Origin: an uncultured Acidobacteriota bacterium
Lineage (GTDB): Bacteria > Acidobacteriota > Thermoanaerobaculia > UBA5066 > DATFVB01
DNA: 64,000 nt
Reading direction: 5' to 3'
Assembly: GCA_963813155.1 (NCBI GenBank)
Contig: CAWEYG010000003.1
Coordinates: forward strand, 800,001 to 864,000
The notes under the pieces were generated by a model. That model was given only the letters and a program-made list of their open reading frames with translations. It did no database searches and had not been told where the DNA came from. Both the position numbers and the translations under genes were made by a program. The stretch's first letter is position 1, and every line of letters begins with the position of its first letter. Shown in pieces: positions 1 to 9,839 of the stretch.

Positions 1-694
1 CGAAAGCAACCGTAAAGAGCCCTAGACGCGACGTAACCCAGCTCACGCGGTGGGTCAACGCGGCGGGTTCACGAGCAGCGTTCGCCAGGGCGAACGCAAA
101 GGCGGCGCAGAGAACCACGAGATCGACCAGAAAGAGCTCGTAGGTGTACAGGCTGAAACCGCAGAGGAAGCCGAAAAGAACAGTCCGGCCCGGACGAAAG
201 TCCGGCGGCAGGCGCGCAAGGACCAAAAAGGAGAGGACGCCGCAAAGCATGACAAGCGAGAATCCGCCGCTCGCCGACGTCGTCCATTGAACCAGTTGCG
301 GCGAGAACACCGCGGCCGTGCTCGCGCCGATGATCCCACCGGGAGGTCCATAAAATTCCCGCGCGAGAAAGTAGACGGCGACAACGAAGGCGAGAAGGGT
401 CGCGACCGTTGCCAGTTTGAAAGCCAGCGGTTGGAAACCGACGAGAACAACCAGCGGGATTGAGATCAGGCCCTCGACAACGCCATAGGACGTCGCGTCC
501 CAGTTGTAAAACGACAGTCCTCCGCCGGACAGCGTGCGCTTCACGACTAAGGCGTTTACCGCCTCATCGGAAATAAAGAAAGCATTCGCGTTGTAAAGGA
601 CAGGCAGCCGGACGAGCATCGCCCAAGCAAGAACGCTTCCGATGGCGAAAGCGATTGCGAGACGCCGTGCTGTGGAAGGTCGCAGGCTAATCAT
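1..694 (-). CDS. Polytopic membrane protein, putative GT-C (PMT/ArnT-like) glycosyltransferase; partial, runs off the left edge
   Basis: Missing from the ORF track. Translated by hand from ATG 694: MISLRPSTARRLAIAFAIGSVLAWAMLVRLPVLYNANAFFISDEAVNALVVKR..., open to base 1. TM1 is followed by an acidic SDEA loop and further TM segments. Confidence 0.7.
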   Translation of the reverse strand, partial: MISLRPSTARRLAIAFAIGSVLAWAMLVRLPVLYNANAFFISDEAVNALVVKRTLSGGGLSFYNWDATSYGVVEGLISIPLVVLVGFQPLAFKLATVATLLAFVVAVYFLAREFYGPPGGIIGASTAAVFSPQLVQWTTSASGGFSLVMLCGVLSFLVLARLPPDFRPGRTVLFGFLCGFSLYTYELFLVDLVVLCAAFAFALANAAREPAALTHRVSWVTSRLGLFTVAF

Positions 695-740
695 CCGCGG
701 GCATCTACCAAGAATTCCGACGCCGACGGGTCGGTAATTG

Positions 741-1538
741 CTAGCTCCTTTCCGCAACTACCGTGAAGAGATCGCCTTTGATCTCGGGACCGGAAAACTC
801 GGATACAGGCGTTGCTCCCCAGGGCGAGAATCCCGGCCGAAAGATCTGGGTGTGATAGCCGACCTCGAAGCGGGAGAACCCGAGCGAGCTCAACATGCGT
901 TTCACGGCCCCCGGCGAGAGATACCACCATGTGCACGGGTCCCGCCCGGCCGAGGGATCGAAAAGCATTCCGGAACGCGCGTCGTGCGTTTCCGAGATCG
1001 TCTCGTCCTTGAACGGGGGATTGTAGGTGTCGGTCACGATGATTTTCTGCTTCGTGACCCGCGCGGCCTCTTTCAGCGCTGAGTACGGATCCCGTAGGTG
1101 GAGCAGAATCGACCCGAACAGCGTCACGTCAACATCTCCGATTCCATTCGGGAGCTCGTAAGCCGAGCCGTGAACGAGATCGGTGGAAGAGTGAAACGCC
1201 TCGCGCGCATATCGCCAGGCCCGATTGAGGCCGGCGACGACCACGCGGTAGTTTCGCTCAAAGTCCGCGTAGTCCTGGCCCGGCTTCTTCATGATGTCAC
1301 CAAGAAACTCCGGCGAGAGGTCGTACGGAACGACATTCGCGCCGCGGTGCTCCATCGAAAAGGTCAAAAATCCGTTCGCCGCGCCGACCTCCAAAACGCG
1401 CTTGCCCTCGAGCTCGACATTTCCGAGGTAATCATCGACGTTTTTCCGGAGATCCCAGGCTCCCGCGATCGCAGGAGTCTCCGGCAATTCGATCGAGTGG
1501 TAAAAGTAGCCGTCGGCGAATTCTGAGGATGTACTCAA
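741..1538 (-). CDS. Class I SAM-dependent methyltransferase
   Basis: Motif I VLEVGAANG; post-II region FGSILLHLRDP; N-terminal YHSIELP...GAWD. Confidence 0.85.
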   Translation of the reverse strand: MSTSSEFADGYFYHSIELPETPAIAGAWDLRKNVDDYLGNVELEGKRVLEVGAANGFLTFSMEHRGANVVPYDLSPEFLGDIMKKPGQDYADFERNYRVVVAGLNRAWRYAREAFHSSTDLVHGSAYELPNGIGDVDVTLFGSILLHLRDPYSALKEAARVTKQKIIVTDTYNPPFKDETISETHDARSGMLFDPSAGRDPCTWWYLSPGAVKRMLSSLGFSRFEVGYHTQIFRPGFSPWGATPVSEFSGPEIKGDLFTVVAERS

Positions 1539-1569
1539 TTTGTATTCAACTGCCCCTTAACAGCGCTGG

Positions 1570-1599
1570 GCGAAATTTCGCAACAAGGACCCAAGTATA
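1570..1599 (-). promoter_or_regulatory. Putative -10 hexamer (TATACT) and downstream 12-bp palindrome, upstream of the methyltransferase
   Basis: agtata at 1594-1599 reads TATACT on the minus strand; GCGAAATTTCGC at 1570-1581 is a perfect palindrome in the intergenic gap. Confidence 0.3.
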
Positions 1600-1648
1600 G
1601 CCGACGGCAGGGAAGCTCTGGCTCGATCGAAAAGCCGGGTATCAATTC

Positions 1649-3007
1649 TCATGGCCCGACCCGCAGCTCCTGGGTGAGGAACCGGAACCTCTCTCCACGC
1701 CCGGGGGCCCGGAGAACCAACCGGATCCGATAAATGCCAGCGGCGAGCGAGCGCTTGTCGATTCTCGCCTGAAATCCCGTCTTTACCGGGCTGTTCGGAA
1801 AGGATGCCGAGACGTCCGGCCTCGCCATTCGAGCGCATTCAACGACATAGCGATGGGAGGCCGATTCGAGAAGCAGCTCGACGGTGTCCGCTTCCTCTCC
1901 GGGGACGAAGGTCCAGCCGAGGATGGACGCTTCGGTGGATCTGTCCTCGAATCCATCAACGTTGAAAAGCACCTCGCGCGCTTCCGCGCTGGACTTCGCG
2001 TTCGGTTTCCCGAGCTTCGCGAAGCGCGAGAAGATCCGGTTCGCCGCCGACTCTTTCCCCGCCGCGGGCGCCGCGGAAACCACCGACGGCACAGCCAGCT
2101 CTTCCAGAAACTGAATCCGCCACCGCCTGTCGGCCACCGGGGTCTTCAGGAACGTTCGGCCGTTGTAGGTCTGCGTCACGAGACCTCCGGTGCGCAGGTC
2201 GGTGACGTCCCGGAGACACATCTCCCCCGCGACGGTATTCGAATAGAGAGGAACGTAGTAGATGCAGTCCTCAAAGAAATAGTGTGTCACCTGCGTCCAG
2301 CGCGTCAGCTCCTTGTTCAACCGCGGCATGCCGCCGTGCACGAGGTTCGACGACCAGATGAGCGCCGATCCCTTCTTGACGCGAAGCTGTTCCCGTTGAA
2401 ACCCCTCCGTCGCCATGAGCTCGCTGACGAAGCCGGGATAACGCTGGCCGAAGAAGTCGTCCGGGTCCTTTCCCGGATCGTGGAAGTCCTGAACGTAATA
2501 CTCCTTGAGCCGCTGGGACCCCGGATAGTAGAAGAGGGGGCCGCTCTCGAGGTCCACGTCCTCCAGCGCCACCCAGACTCCGCACATGAACCGGGCCGGC
2601 AGCGAATTGAAAAGGATCGCGTCGGAGTGATTCGCCTGCTGGGAGCCATAGAGAAAGTTCAGCGTCTGGAAAGGAACGGGTTCTCTTCCGTAAAGGAGCC
2701 GAAGAGCCGAAATGATTGGCCCGTGAAGCGCCAGATCCTTGACCGCGGGAGAGGTATGCCACGCATCGTGGACCCGGTAGTAGCTGGCGTATCCCTCCTC
2801 GATATCCGGGCGAAAAAGCCCCTGCGCTTCCCGCTTGACGCGCTCAGCCAGGTCGTCGCTGACGACATTCTCCAGCGTCGCGTAGCCATAGGTGTGGTAT
2901 CTCGTGACGAGCTCGACCTCGGCAGCCGTGAGAGTGGGTTTGCGGGCCAGTTCCTGCTTGAAGAACGGCGATTCCACCCACGGCTCGTTCGGAGGCGTAT
3001 TCATCAT
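1649..3007 (-). CDS. Phytanoyl-CoA dioxygenase (PhyH)-family Fe(II)/2OG oxygenase with a C-terminal Ig-like 'GW...RPDV' domain
   Basis: Probable start MMNTPPNEP at 3007, next to the upstream stop. HSD...VWVALED...GPLFYYPGS...LVHGG gives the HxD...H triad. C-terminus has ILGWTF...RPDVSASFP...GF. Confidence 0.85.
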   Translation of the reverse strand: MMNTPPNEPWVESPFFKQELARKPTLTAAEVELVTRYHTYGYATLENVVSDDLAERVKREAQGLFRPDIEEGYASYYRVHDAWHTSPAVKDLALHGPIISALRLLYGREPVPFQTLNFLYGSQQANHSDAILFNSLPARFMCGVWVALEDVDLESGPLFYYPGSQRLKEYYVQDFHDPGKDPDDFFGQRYPGFVSELMATEGFQREQLRVKKGSALIWSSNLVHGGMPRLNKELTRWTQVTHYFFEDCIYYVPLYSNTVAGEMCLRDVTDLRTGGLVTQTYNGRTFLKTPVADRRWRIQFLEELAVPSVVSAAPAAGKESAANRIFSRFAKLGKPNAKSSAEAREVLFNVDGFEDRSTEASILGWTFVPGEEADTVELLLESASHRYVVECARMARPDVSASFPNSPVKTGFQARIDKRSLAAGIYRIRLVLRAPGRGERFRFLTQELRVGP

Positions 3008-3009
3008 TC

Positions 3010-4862
3010 CTAAGAGCTGATCGCGTCCAGGCGATCGACGATGCGGCGCGCGCTCGCGTCCCACGTCCATTTCGCCGCGACTTCGAGGGCCGCGGCCTGC
3101 CCTCGAAGGCGTGCGGCGTCGCGATTCTCGTACACCTCGCGAAGGAGGGCCCGCAGGTGGTCCGGGTCCGGGTCGGCCCAGCGAAATCCTTCGTAGTAGG
3201 GGCACTTCGCTTCCGCGGGTATCGTGCCGCGCACACGGAGAGGGTAGGAAATCTGCTCGTGGACGAACTCGCGGTGCGCGCCCCAGTCCGTCGCGATCGT
3301 CGGAAGCCCGCAGGCCATCGCCTCCATGAGGGGCATGTCCCACCCCTCCCCGCGGCCGGCGGAGACGTAGCAGTCCGCGGATCGGTAGAAGCTCGCGAGC
3401 TGGGCGTAGGGAAACTCGAGGTTCAGCAGGAACGCGGTGCGGCCTCCGGACTTCTTCAGCTCCAGCTTCCGGATCTCCTCCCGGACGGCGACGCTCGGGT
3501 CGCGATTGATGATCTTGCACACGAGCCGGACCGGCTCGCTCGCCTTGAACTCGTCGTTGAACGTCTTGAGGAGCAGCCCGGGCGCTTTCCGCTCGCCCCA
3601 TTCGAAGTTCGTCGCGAACACGAACTCCCCGAGCGGGTTCTCGTGGCGGCGAACCCCGGGATGAAAGTAGTTCGTGTCGATGCCGAGCGGGATCTTGTGG
3701 ATCGGGCGTTTCAGTCCGGACGCGAGAAATCCCTCGCGGTTGAATTCGGTCGGAACCCAGACCTCGTCCATGAGGTTGGCCTGGCGGACCCACTCGCGCG
3801 GAAACCCGTCGACCTCCAGCATCGTGAAGCCGATCTTCTGCCGGCCCCGATTCGACCGGAACACGTCGCCCTGGCCGTAGACGACGGAGACCCGCGGGCG
3901 AAGTGCCCGTCCGCCCGCTCCCGGATGACGTTCATCAGGTAGTCGCCGGTGTTCTCCGGCTCGTCGACCGGAAATGGCGTTCCGCGGCCGTAGACGTATT
4001 CGTAGGCCGCTCGCACGCCCAGTCCTTCGAGGGCTCGCAGGATTTCGCGGGAGCTGATCGCGTATCCCGTGGAGAAGTTCAGGATCGATTGCCAGAGGAC
4101 ATTGTGGCGATACCGGCCATTCAGATGGGAGCGCCAGTTCTTGCGAAAGATCTCCCGGCTCGCCTGGAACAGGCTGCTGAAATGCTCGTCCGAACCGGAG
4201 GTGGACCCGTGCTCGTCGTGCACGAGCGTGACCCCGCCGCACACGACGACTTTGAACCCGGCACGGCGGGCGCGAAGGCAGTAGTCCGTGTCTTCGAAGT
4301 ACGACTCGAAGTCCTCCGAGAGGGCTCCGATCGCCGCGATCGCCTCTCTCTTCAAAAGCGCGCACGCGAAGACGACGCCCTCGACTTCGCGGCTCGAGGT
4401 GTATTGCCCGATGTCGCGTTCCCCCGATCCGATCTGCTGGCCCCACATCGTCTCGGGAACCATGAACGTGCCGGCGTGGAGCAGCGACCCGTCGGGCCTC
4501 GTCAAACGGCAGCCCACGACGCCGATCACGGGAGAGGAATGGGCGCAGGCACGCATCCGCGACAGCCAGTCTTCCTGGAAAAACTCCAGATCGTTGTTCA
4601 GCAGGACGATGTCCGACCCCGGATCGGCCTCTCGAATTCCGACGTTGTTGCCCCTCACGTAGCCGAGGTTTCGATCGTTCCGGATGACTCGGACCCAGGC
4701 GTATTCTTCGAGCCGGCGGGGAGTCTCGTCCGTCGAACCGTTGTCGACGACGATCACCTCCGCGTCGGACAGGTCCGTTCGCCGCAGGGAGTCCAGGCAC
4801 TTCTTGGTCAGGTTCCAGCGGTTCCAGGCCAGAACGATGAGGGTCGCTTTTCGCGCGGTCAT
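3010..4862 (-). CDS. GT2 + GT4 fusion glycosyltransferase, apparent frameshift near 3895-3905
   Basis: ORF 3711..4862 holds a GT2 domain (VVDNGSTD, LLNND, YFEDTDYC) and the start of a GT4 domain. ORF 3010..4800 continues GT4 from VSVVYGQGD (WGERK, GEGWDMPLMEAMACGLP). Confidence 0.85.
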
Positions 4863-5167
4863 CTAGGAGCGCTCACGGCCTTTCTCTGCACGGCGAGCGA
4901 TCGCCACAATTCGGTCATCGTCTCTTCGACGTCCGCGGGGAAAAGCTCGGTCGACTCCCTCCAGCCGGCAAGGCCGATTCCCGATCGGGGCAGCGGCGGC
5001 AACCCGGACGACAGCCGCGAAAGCGTCACGAGATCCTTGTCGCAGAGCTCGGGCGAGAGCGCTCGAATCAGGTCGGAACGCTCGGCGAGGCTCCTCTCGA
5101 GCCGCTCGACCTGAGCCTCGAGCCCCGCGATGCGGAGCTGGGCGGAACGCTCGTCGTCCGCTACCAT
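4859..5167 (-). CDS. Small hypothetical protein with an N-terminal coiled coil
   Basis: MVADDERSAQLRIAGLEAQVERLERSL... from ATG 5167; overlaps both neighbouring genes as in an operon. Confidence 0.55.
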   Translation of the reverse strand: MVADDERSAQLRIAGLEAQVERLERSLAERSDLIRALSPELCDKDLVTLSRLSSGLPPLPRSGIGLAGWRESTELFPADVEETMTELWRSLAVQRKAVSAPR

Positions 5168-5448
5168 TTTCGGCCGATGATTCGCCGGAAGAACTGCAGG
5201 AGCCGCCAGGACCGGGAACCTTCCACTCGCTGATTGAATTCCATGTACTTGCGGACCTTCTCGCGCAGCTCCCGCTCGCGGGAAACGGCTTCTCCGTCGA
5301 GGGAGTCGAGGCGTTCTCCGAGATCGCGCTCGCGCTCGAGGCTCTCGCCGAGGCGCAGCTCGAGGTCTCGGACGAGCGCTCTCAACTCCCCTTCGCCCCG
5401 GGCTTCCCTCGTCTCGGTGTCCAACACTTGAGAAATGTTCTCCGGCAT
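5161..5448 (-). CDS. Small coiled-coil protein ending in an SxSWR amphipathic helix
   Basis: E/R/L heptad pattern and C-terminal GSRSWRLLQFFRRIIGRKW; SD-like GCAGGGG before the ATG. Confidence 0.65.
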   Translation of the reverse strand: MPENISQVLDTETREARGEGELRALVRDLELRLGESLERERDLGERLDSLDGEAVSRERELREKVRKYMEFNQRVEGSRSWRLLQFFRRIIGRKW

Positions 5449-5449
5449 A

Positions 5450-5509
5450 GACCCCTGCGTACAAATCCGTTAACTGGCAATCGCCTCTCGCAATATTGTA
5501 CGCGAGAGG
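5450..5509 (-). promoter_or_regulatory. Duplicated promoter/leader element, copy 1: -10 TACAAT inside the inverted repeat CCTCTCGC-N10-GCGAGAGG
   Basis: 54 of 60 nt match 9840-9899 by hand alignment. IR arms at 5484-5491 and 5502-5509. Lies directly upstream of ATG 5448. Confidence 0.7.
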
Positions 5510-5534
5510 GGCCCAAATCGTATACTGCGCGAAA

Positions 5535-6296
5535 TTGGACGCTCTTCCACCCCCTCCCCTCCGCCTGTCGGTCGTGATCGCCGCCTACGACGAGGCTGAA
5601 AACGCGGAAAGGCTGACGCGGAGGCTCGATGCCGTTCTGCGGTCGCTTGCAGGGTGCCAATCCGAGCTCCTCTTCGTCGTCGAAGGACGGGACGGCACTC
5701 GGGACATCCTGGAGGGGCTGACGGGCGAGATTCCCAACCTCCGGATCCTCTACGCCGAGGACCCGGGCGGCCTCGGAAAGGCCTTCCGGAGGGGTTTCGC
5801 CGCGGTCTCCCCCGACAGCGACTACGTCCTCACGATGGACGCCGACCTCAACCACCAGCCGGAGGAAATTCCCCGCCTTCTCCAGGCCGCGCGGGATCGC
5901 GACGCCGACATCCTCGTCGGCTCGCGGTTTGTCGAGGGCGGGCGGGTCGACGGGACGCCCCCCTGGAAGCTCCTCCTGAGCGGCACGCTCAACGTGATCA
6001 TGCGGATCGTCTTTCGTCTGCGCGTCCGGGACAAGACCTCGGGATTTCGAATCTACAGGACCGAGGCCCTCCGCCGCCTGGAGTTCGAAAACGAAAATTT
6101 CGCGTTCCTCCCGGAGATCCTCATTCGCGCGAACGCCCTCCGGATGCGGATAGTCGAGGAACCGATCCACTTCATCTTCCGAACGGCGGGGAAATCGAAA
6201 ATGCACATCGTGACGACGGCATGGAGCTACCTGTCGCTGATGAGGCTCCGATTCCGCTCTTTGAAAAGCTCGGGCTCGAGGCGCCTCACTCCTTGA
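5535..6296 (+). CDS. GT2, DPM1-like polyprenol-phosphate glycosyltransferase
   Basis: SVVIAAYDEAEN, MDADLNHQPEEIP, VGSRFVEGG, DKTSGFRIYR, FIFRTAGKSK. Probable TTG start at 5535, 8 nt after TATACT. Confidence 0.85.
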   Translation: MDALPPPPLRLSVVIAAYDEAENAERLTRRLDAVLRSLAGCQSELLFVVEGRDGTRDILEGLTGEIPNLRILYAEDPGGLGKAFRRGFAAVSPDSDYVLTMDADLNHQPEEIPRLLQAARDRDADILVGSRFVEGGRVDGTPPWKLLLSGTLNVIMRIVFRLRVRDKTSGFRIYRTEALRRLEFENENFAFLPEILIRANALRMRIVEEPIHFIFRTAGKSKMHIVTTAWSYLSLMRLRFRSLKSSGSRRLTP

Positions 6297-7200
6297 CGGC
6301 GTAGGCGGTCATCAGGTCACCGAAATTGACGGGGACTTCAACGCCGCTCAACCCGGCCCTGCCAACCGCCCAGGAAAGCGCGCGGCCGACCCGGTCGCCA
6401 CACACTCCTCCGACTCGGGTCGCGAAGTAGCCGGCGCTCACGCGCCTCCCTTCCGCGAAGATCCGAACTGCCCGGAAACCCGTCGATTCCAGCGACCTCG
6501 CGAGTGTCCGGCGCGAGAAATAGTGGAGGTGCATCTCCATCAGCCAGGGCCAGCGGCCGCGCATCAGATTCGCCGTGAGGCTTCCCACATCCATCGTGTG
6601 CACGACGAGGACTCCTCCCTTGCCGAGGAGCCGGGCGGCAGCGTGCAGCAGGGAAATCGGATCGGAGATGTGCTCGATGACGTCCCACATCGTGACGACA
6701 TCGAAAGAGCCCTCCGCGAACCCAGCGGAATCGAGCGTCCCCTCGACGACGTCGAGTCCCCGGGCGCGGGCTTCTCCGGCAGCCCACCGCGACGGCTCGA
6801 TCCCGGAGGCGGTCCACCCGCGCCGGCCCGCGACTTCGACCATCGTTCCCGTGTAGGCCCCGACGTCGAGCAGCCGGCCCGGAGGGCGCCGCAGCGTTTC
6901 GATCCGCGCGAGACGGCGGCCGAAGGTGGCCACGCGCGAATCCTCTTCGCGGAGATACAGCGGATCCTCGACTTCCCGGTAGGCCGAGAGCACGGTTTCC
7001 TGGCTCGCCCCCGCGCTCGAAAGCAGGCCGCATTCCACACACTCGAAAATCGCGGGGTGGATGCCATAGCCGGAATGGGTGCACTCGTACGACGACGGTT
7101 GGGTGGGAGCGCGGTCGGCTGGCATGGTGTCGGGAAAACGGAGATGCCGCTGGCTCCCTCCGCAGAGAACGCACGACCAGGTCTTCTCCGGCGAGCGCAA
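6286..7200 (-). CDS. SAM-dependent methyltransferase with an N-terminal CxxC...CxxC Zn site
   Basis: CVLCGG...CVECGL; LLDVGAYTG; FDVVTMWDVIEHISDP; HLHYFS. Start placed at TTG 7200. Confidence 0.85.
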   Translation of the reverse strand: MRSPEKTWSCVLCGGSQRHLRFPDTMPADRAPTQPSSYECTHSGYGIHPAIFECVECGLLSSAGASQETVLSAYREVEDPLYLREEDSRVATFGRRLARIETLRRPPGRLLDVGAYTGTMVEVAGRRGWTASGIEPSRWAAGEARARGLDVVEGTLDSAGFAEGSFDVVTMWDVIEHISDPISLLHAAARLLGKGGVLVVHTMDVGSLTANLMRGRWPWLMEMHLHYFSRRTLARSLESTGFRAVRIFAEGRRVSAGYFATRVGGVCGDRVGRALSWAVGRAGLSGVEVPVNFGDLMTAYAVKE

Positions 7201-7205
7201 ACTCG

Positions 7206-8525
7206 CTACTTTCCGCCGCGAAACATTGCCAAACGGTACTTGCGCAGGATCGGCATGTCCTTGCGAACCTCTTCCGGCTCGGGATAGATCGACCGCCGGA
7301 TCTGAGCGTCGCTTATCGTGCCCGCCGTCAGGTCCGCGGCGTTTCGCCGACGCACGATCGTATTTCCCCGCAGAATCGGAAGCCAACGGACGGAAGGGAT
7401 CACGGACGCCGCCAGCGAAAAGCTTGCCGCGAGCCCAATCGCGAGCAAGCGAAGCGGCCGCCGCCCGAGGCCAAGATCCAACCTCATCGAGACGAGCACG
7501 AGAGTCGCAATGCCCAGGAAGGACGTCGAGGCGACATAGTGGGAACCCAGAGCCTGTTGCGGACCGGCAATCGACCTCGCCATCGCGACCAGGGCAGCCG
7601 CGCCAAGCGAGAGCAGGCCCAGCGAAATCCAGCGCCGAAAGGAATCGCGTCGGGCCTCTTCCCGGCGAACGGCCCAGAGGACGCAGTAACCAAAGAGCAG
7701 GAGGACGCCGAAACCCAGGCCCGCGGCGAGCTGGAATGACGGCTTCGGGGCCACGCCGTACGGCCGCCCCAGAAGAGCGAAGAAGAATGGCACGACCGTG
7801 TTCCACTCGACGTACATGCCGGCGGTTTGTGAGGCACCACGCGCGAACAGCAGCGTGCCGAGCCCGACGGCGGCCCAGACGGCGAGCTTTCCGAGACGGC
7901 GCCCGCCGGCCGTTGCGATCGCGAACAGGCCGACGACCCAGATCGCGTTCGCCGCACCGAAAGAAAACGCGGCCACGAGCGCCGACAGGAGCGCCAACCA
8001 GAACAGATTTCTCGAGGGATCTCGCCGGGTGAGGAGAAAGACCGCGAGAACCGACGCTAGGATCGAGAAGTTCTGGCCAAACGAGTAACCCGACAGAAAA
8101 CATTCGAATTCCACGATCGAAAAGACGTATGCCGACAGGGGTGCGGCCAGGATCAACAGCCTCGGCTCCGTTTCGCGAAGCATGGCGATGAGCAGCGCCA
8201 GCGTGCCCGCGCACACGGCGTAACTTGCGAGGACTTCGACCTTCACGTTCCAGTGCGTGAGAACGCCCAGGACGTAGAAGATCATTCGCGGCACCACGTT
8301 GTAGTGACCGTTGTACGGCTTCAGGAGGAGGGGAAGGACCGGCAGGTGCTCATAGTGCGCGGCCCAGACTTCGACCTCGCTCCACTGGTCCCAGCTCGGG
8401 ATGTCCAACGTCATCGGAAAAAGAAGCGCGAACTGAACGAGCGGGATCGCCGCGGCGACGGCCAGAGAGAACAACCCCGCGATGTTCCATCCGCGATCGG
8501 GGAGATTCCCGGGTTCCCGCGTCAC
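7206..8525 (-). CDS. Polytopic membrane protein, PxWDQW family, copy A (putative GT-C glycosyltransferase)
   Basis: About 10-11 hydrophobic segments; PSWDQW...KPYNGHYNVVPRMIF...HWNVKVE...FLSGY; paralog of copies B, C and D. Confidence 0.7.
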   Translation of the reverse strand: MTREPGNLPDRGWNIAGLFSLAVAAAIPLVQFALLFPMTLDIPSWDQWSEVEVWAAHYEHLPVLPLLLKPYNGHYNVVPRMIFYVLGVLTHWNVKVEVLASYAVCAGTLALLIAMLRETEPRLLILAAPLSAYVFSIVEFECFLSGYSFGQNFSILASVLAVFLLTRRDPSRNLFWLALLSALVAAFSFGAANAIWVVGLFAIATAGGRRLGKLAVWAAVGLGTLLFARGASQTAGMYVEWNTVVPFFFALLGRPYGVAPKPSFQLAAGLGFGVLLLFGYCVLWAVRREEARRDSFRRWISLGLLSLGAAALVAMARSIAGPQQALGSHYVASTSFLGIATLVLVSMRLDLGLGRRPLRLLAIGLAASFSLAASVIPSVRWLPILRGNTIVRRRNAADLTAGTISDAQIRRSIYPEPEEVRKDMPILRKYRLAMFRGGK

Positions 8526-9835
8526 GGATGCTCCTGCCCCGTCCCATGGCGATAAGCCGCGAGGCGATGCTCCCGGAGAATCGGCAGTGAGTCGCGAACG
8601 ACTTGCGGCAGTGGGAACAGAGACTGCTCGATCTGGGCGTCCGTGGCCGTGCCCCTCATCAGGGCAGCGTCGTTTCGCCGGCCCACGTTCGACCAGCGGC
8701 GAAGAACGGGAAGCCAGCGGGCCGAGATCGCCACGACGTTCAGAAAGAACAGCGCCGCGACGGCGCAGACCGCGAGAGGAGACCCCCGCCCGAGCCTCGA
8801 TCCTCCCCCGAGGATGACGCCGAGGAGCACGAGGAGCGCGACTCCGAGGAGACTCGTTGCTCCCGTGTAGTGGGAGGTGAAGGCCCCGCGAAGGTCAGGC
8901 GAAGATCGTGCAATCGCGATCAGCGCCGCCGATCCCAGCGCCAGCAGGCCGACCGCCGTCCAGCGGCGGACCGAGGGAGCATCCACCTTCTTTTCGCGGA
9001 CAGCGAGAGCCACAAGAAGCGGGAGGAGGAGCACGGCAGCGATTCCAGAGATTTCGGCCGCATGAACGTTTCCGCGCGGAGCCGATGTGTAGGGCGCGCC
9101 GAGGAGCGCCAGGAAAAAGGGCCCGACGGAAGGCCAGTCGACGGAAATTTGCGGCACTCGAGCGACCGCGATCCGAGCGAGCGCGGCGCATCCCGCACCC
9201 GCCAGCACCCAGAGCGCGAGACGGCCGCGCCGTACCGGCCTTTCCCCCGCGAGGAGAAGGAGGCCTACCGGCCAGACGGCAACCGCGGCCCCCCAGGAGA
9301 AGGAAGCGACGAGAGCGAGGAAGAGCGCGATCCAGTAGCGATTTCTCGAAGATTCGCGGCGCGTGAGAAAGAACAGAGCTGCCACCGACGCGAGCAGGGA
9401 AATCGTCTGGCAAAGCGGATACCCGGAGAGGAAGTTCTCGAACCCCGCAATCGAGAAAATCGACGCCGACACCGGCGCGGCCAGGATCAGCAGCCTCGAG
9501 TCCGTCTCCCGAAGCATGGCGAGCAGTACCGCCAGCGTGCCACCGCACATAACGTAGCTGGCAACCACTTCGACCTTCACGTTCCAGTGCGTGAGAAGGC
9601 CCAGGATGTAGAAGATCATTCGTGGCACGACGTTGTAGTGACCGTTGTACGGCTTCAGGAGGAGGGGAAGGACGGGGCGGTGCTCATAGTGAGCCGCAAA
9701 CACCTCGACGTCGTTCCACTGGTCCCAGGTCGGCATCTCCGAGGTCATCGGAAACAGGAGCGCAAACTGAACCAGGGGGAATGCCGCGGCGACCGTCAGA
9801 GAGACGATCGCGATGGCCCGTCCGGACGCCGTCAC
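8522..9835 (-). CDS. Polytopic membrane protein, PxWDQW family, copy B
   Basis: PTWDQW...KPYNGHYNVVPRMIF...FENFLSGY; start placed at GTG 9835 after GCAGGGG. Confidence 0.7.
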   Translation of the reverse strand: MTASGRAIAIVSLTVAAAFPLVQFALLFPMTSEMPTWDQWNDVEVFAAHYEHRPVLPLLLKPYNGHYNVVPRMIFYILGLLTHWNVKVEVVASYVMCGGTLAVLLAMLRETDSRLLILAAPVSASIFSIAGFENFLSGYPLCQTISLLASVAALFFLTRRESSRNRYWIALFLALVASFSWGAAVAVWPVGLLLLAGERPVRRGRLALWVLAGAGCAALARIAVARVPQISVDWPSVGPFFLALLGAPYTSAPRGNVHAAEISGIAAVLLLPLLVALAVREKKVDAPSVRRWTAVGLLALGSAALIAIARSSPDLRGAFTSHYTGATSLLGVALLVLLGVILGGGSRLGRGSPLAVCAVAALFFLNVVAISARWLPVLRRWSNVGRRNDAALMRGTATDAQIEQSLFPLPQVVRDSLPILREHRLAAYRHGTGQEHP

Positions 9836-9839
9836 GGCC

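Noticed and set aside
3008-3793. Long N-terminal extensions in the ORF track (PhyH here; also the MTases at 6286 and 24327, GNAT 37502, YfhO 13275, FtsK and DUF58)
   Set aside because: The extensions overlap upstream genes in another frame or have low-complexity shadow composition; starts were moved to better-supported codons.
5484-5509. Inverted repeat as an intrinsic terminator
   Set aside because: No U-tract, and this copy lies between divergent gene starts and encloses a -10 hexamer.
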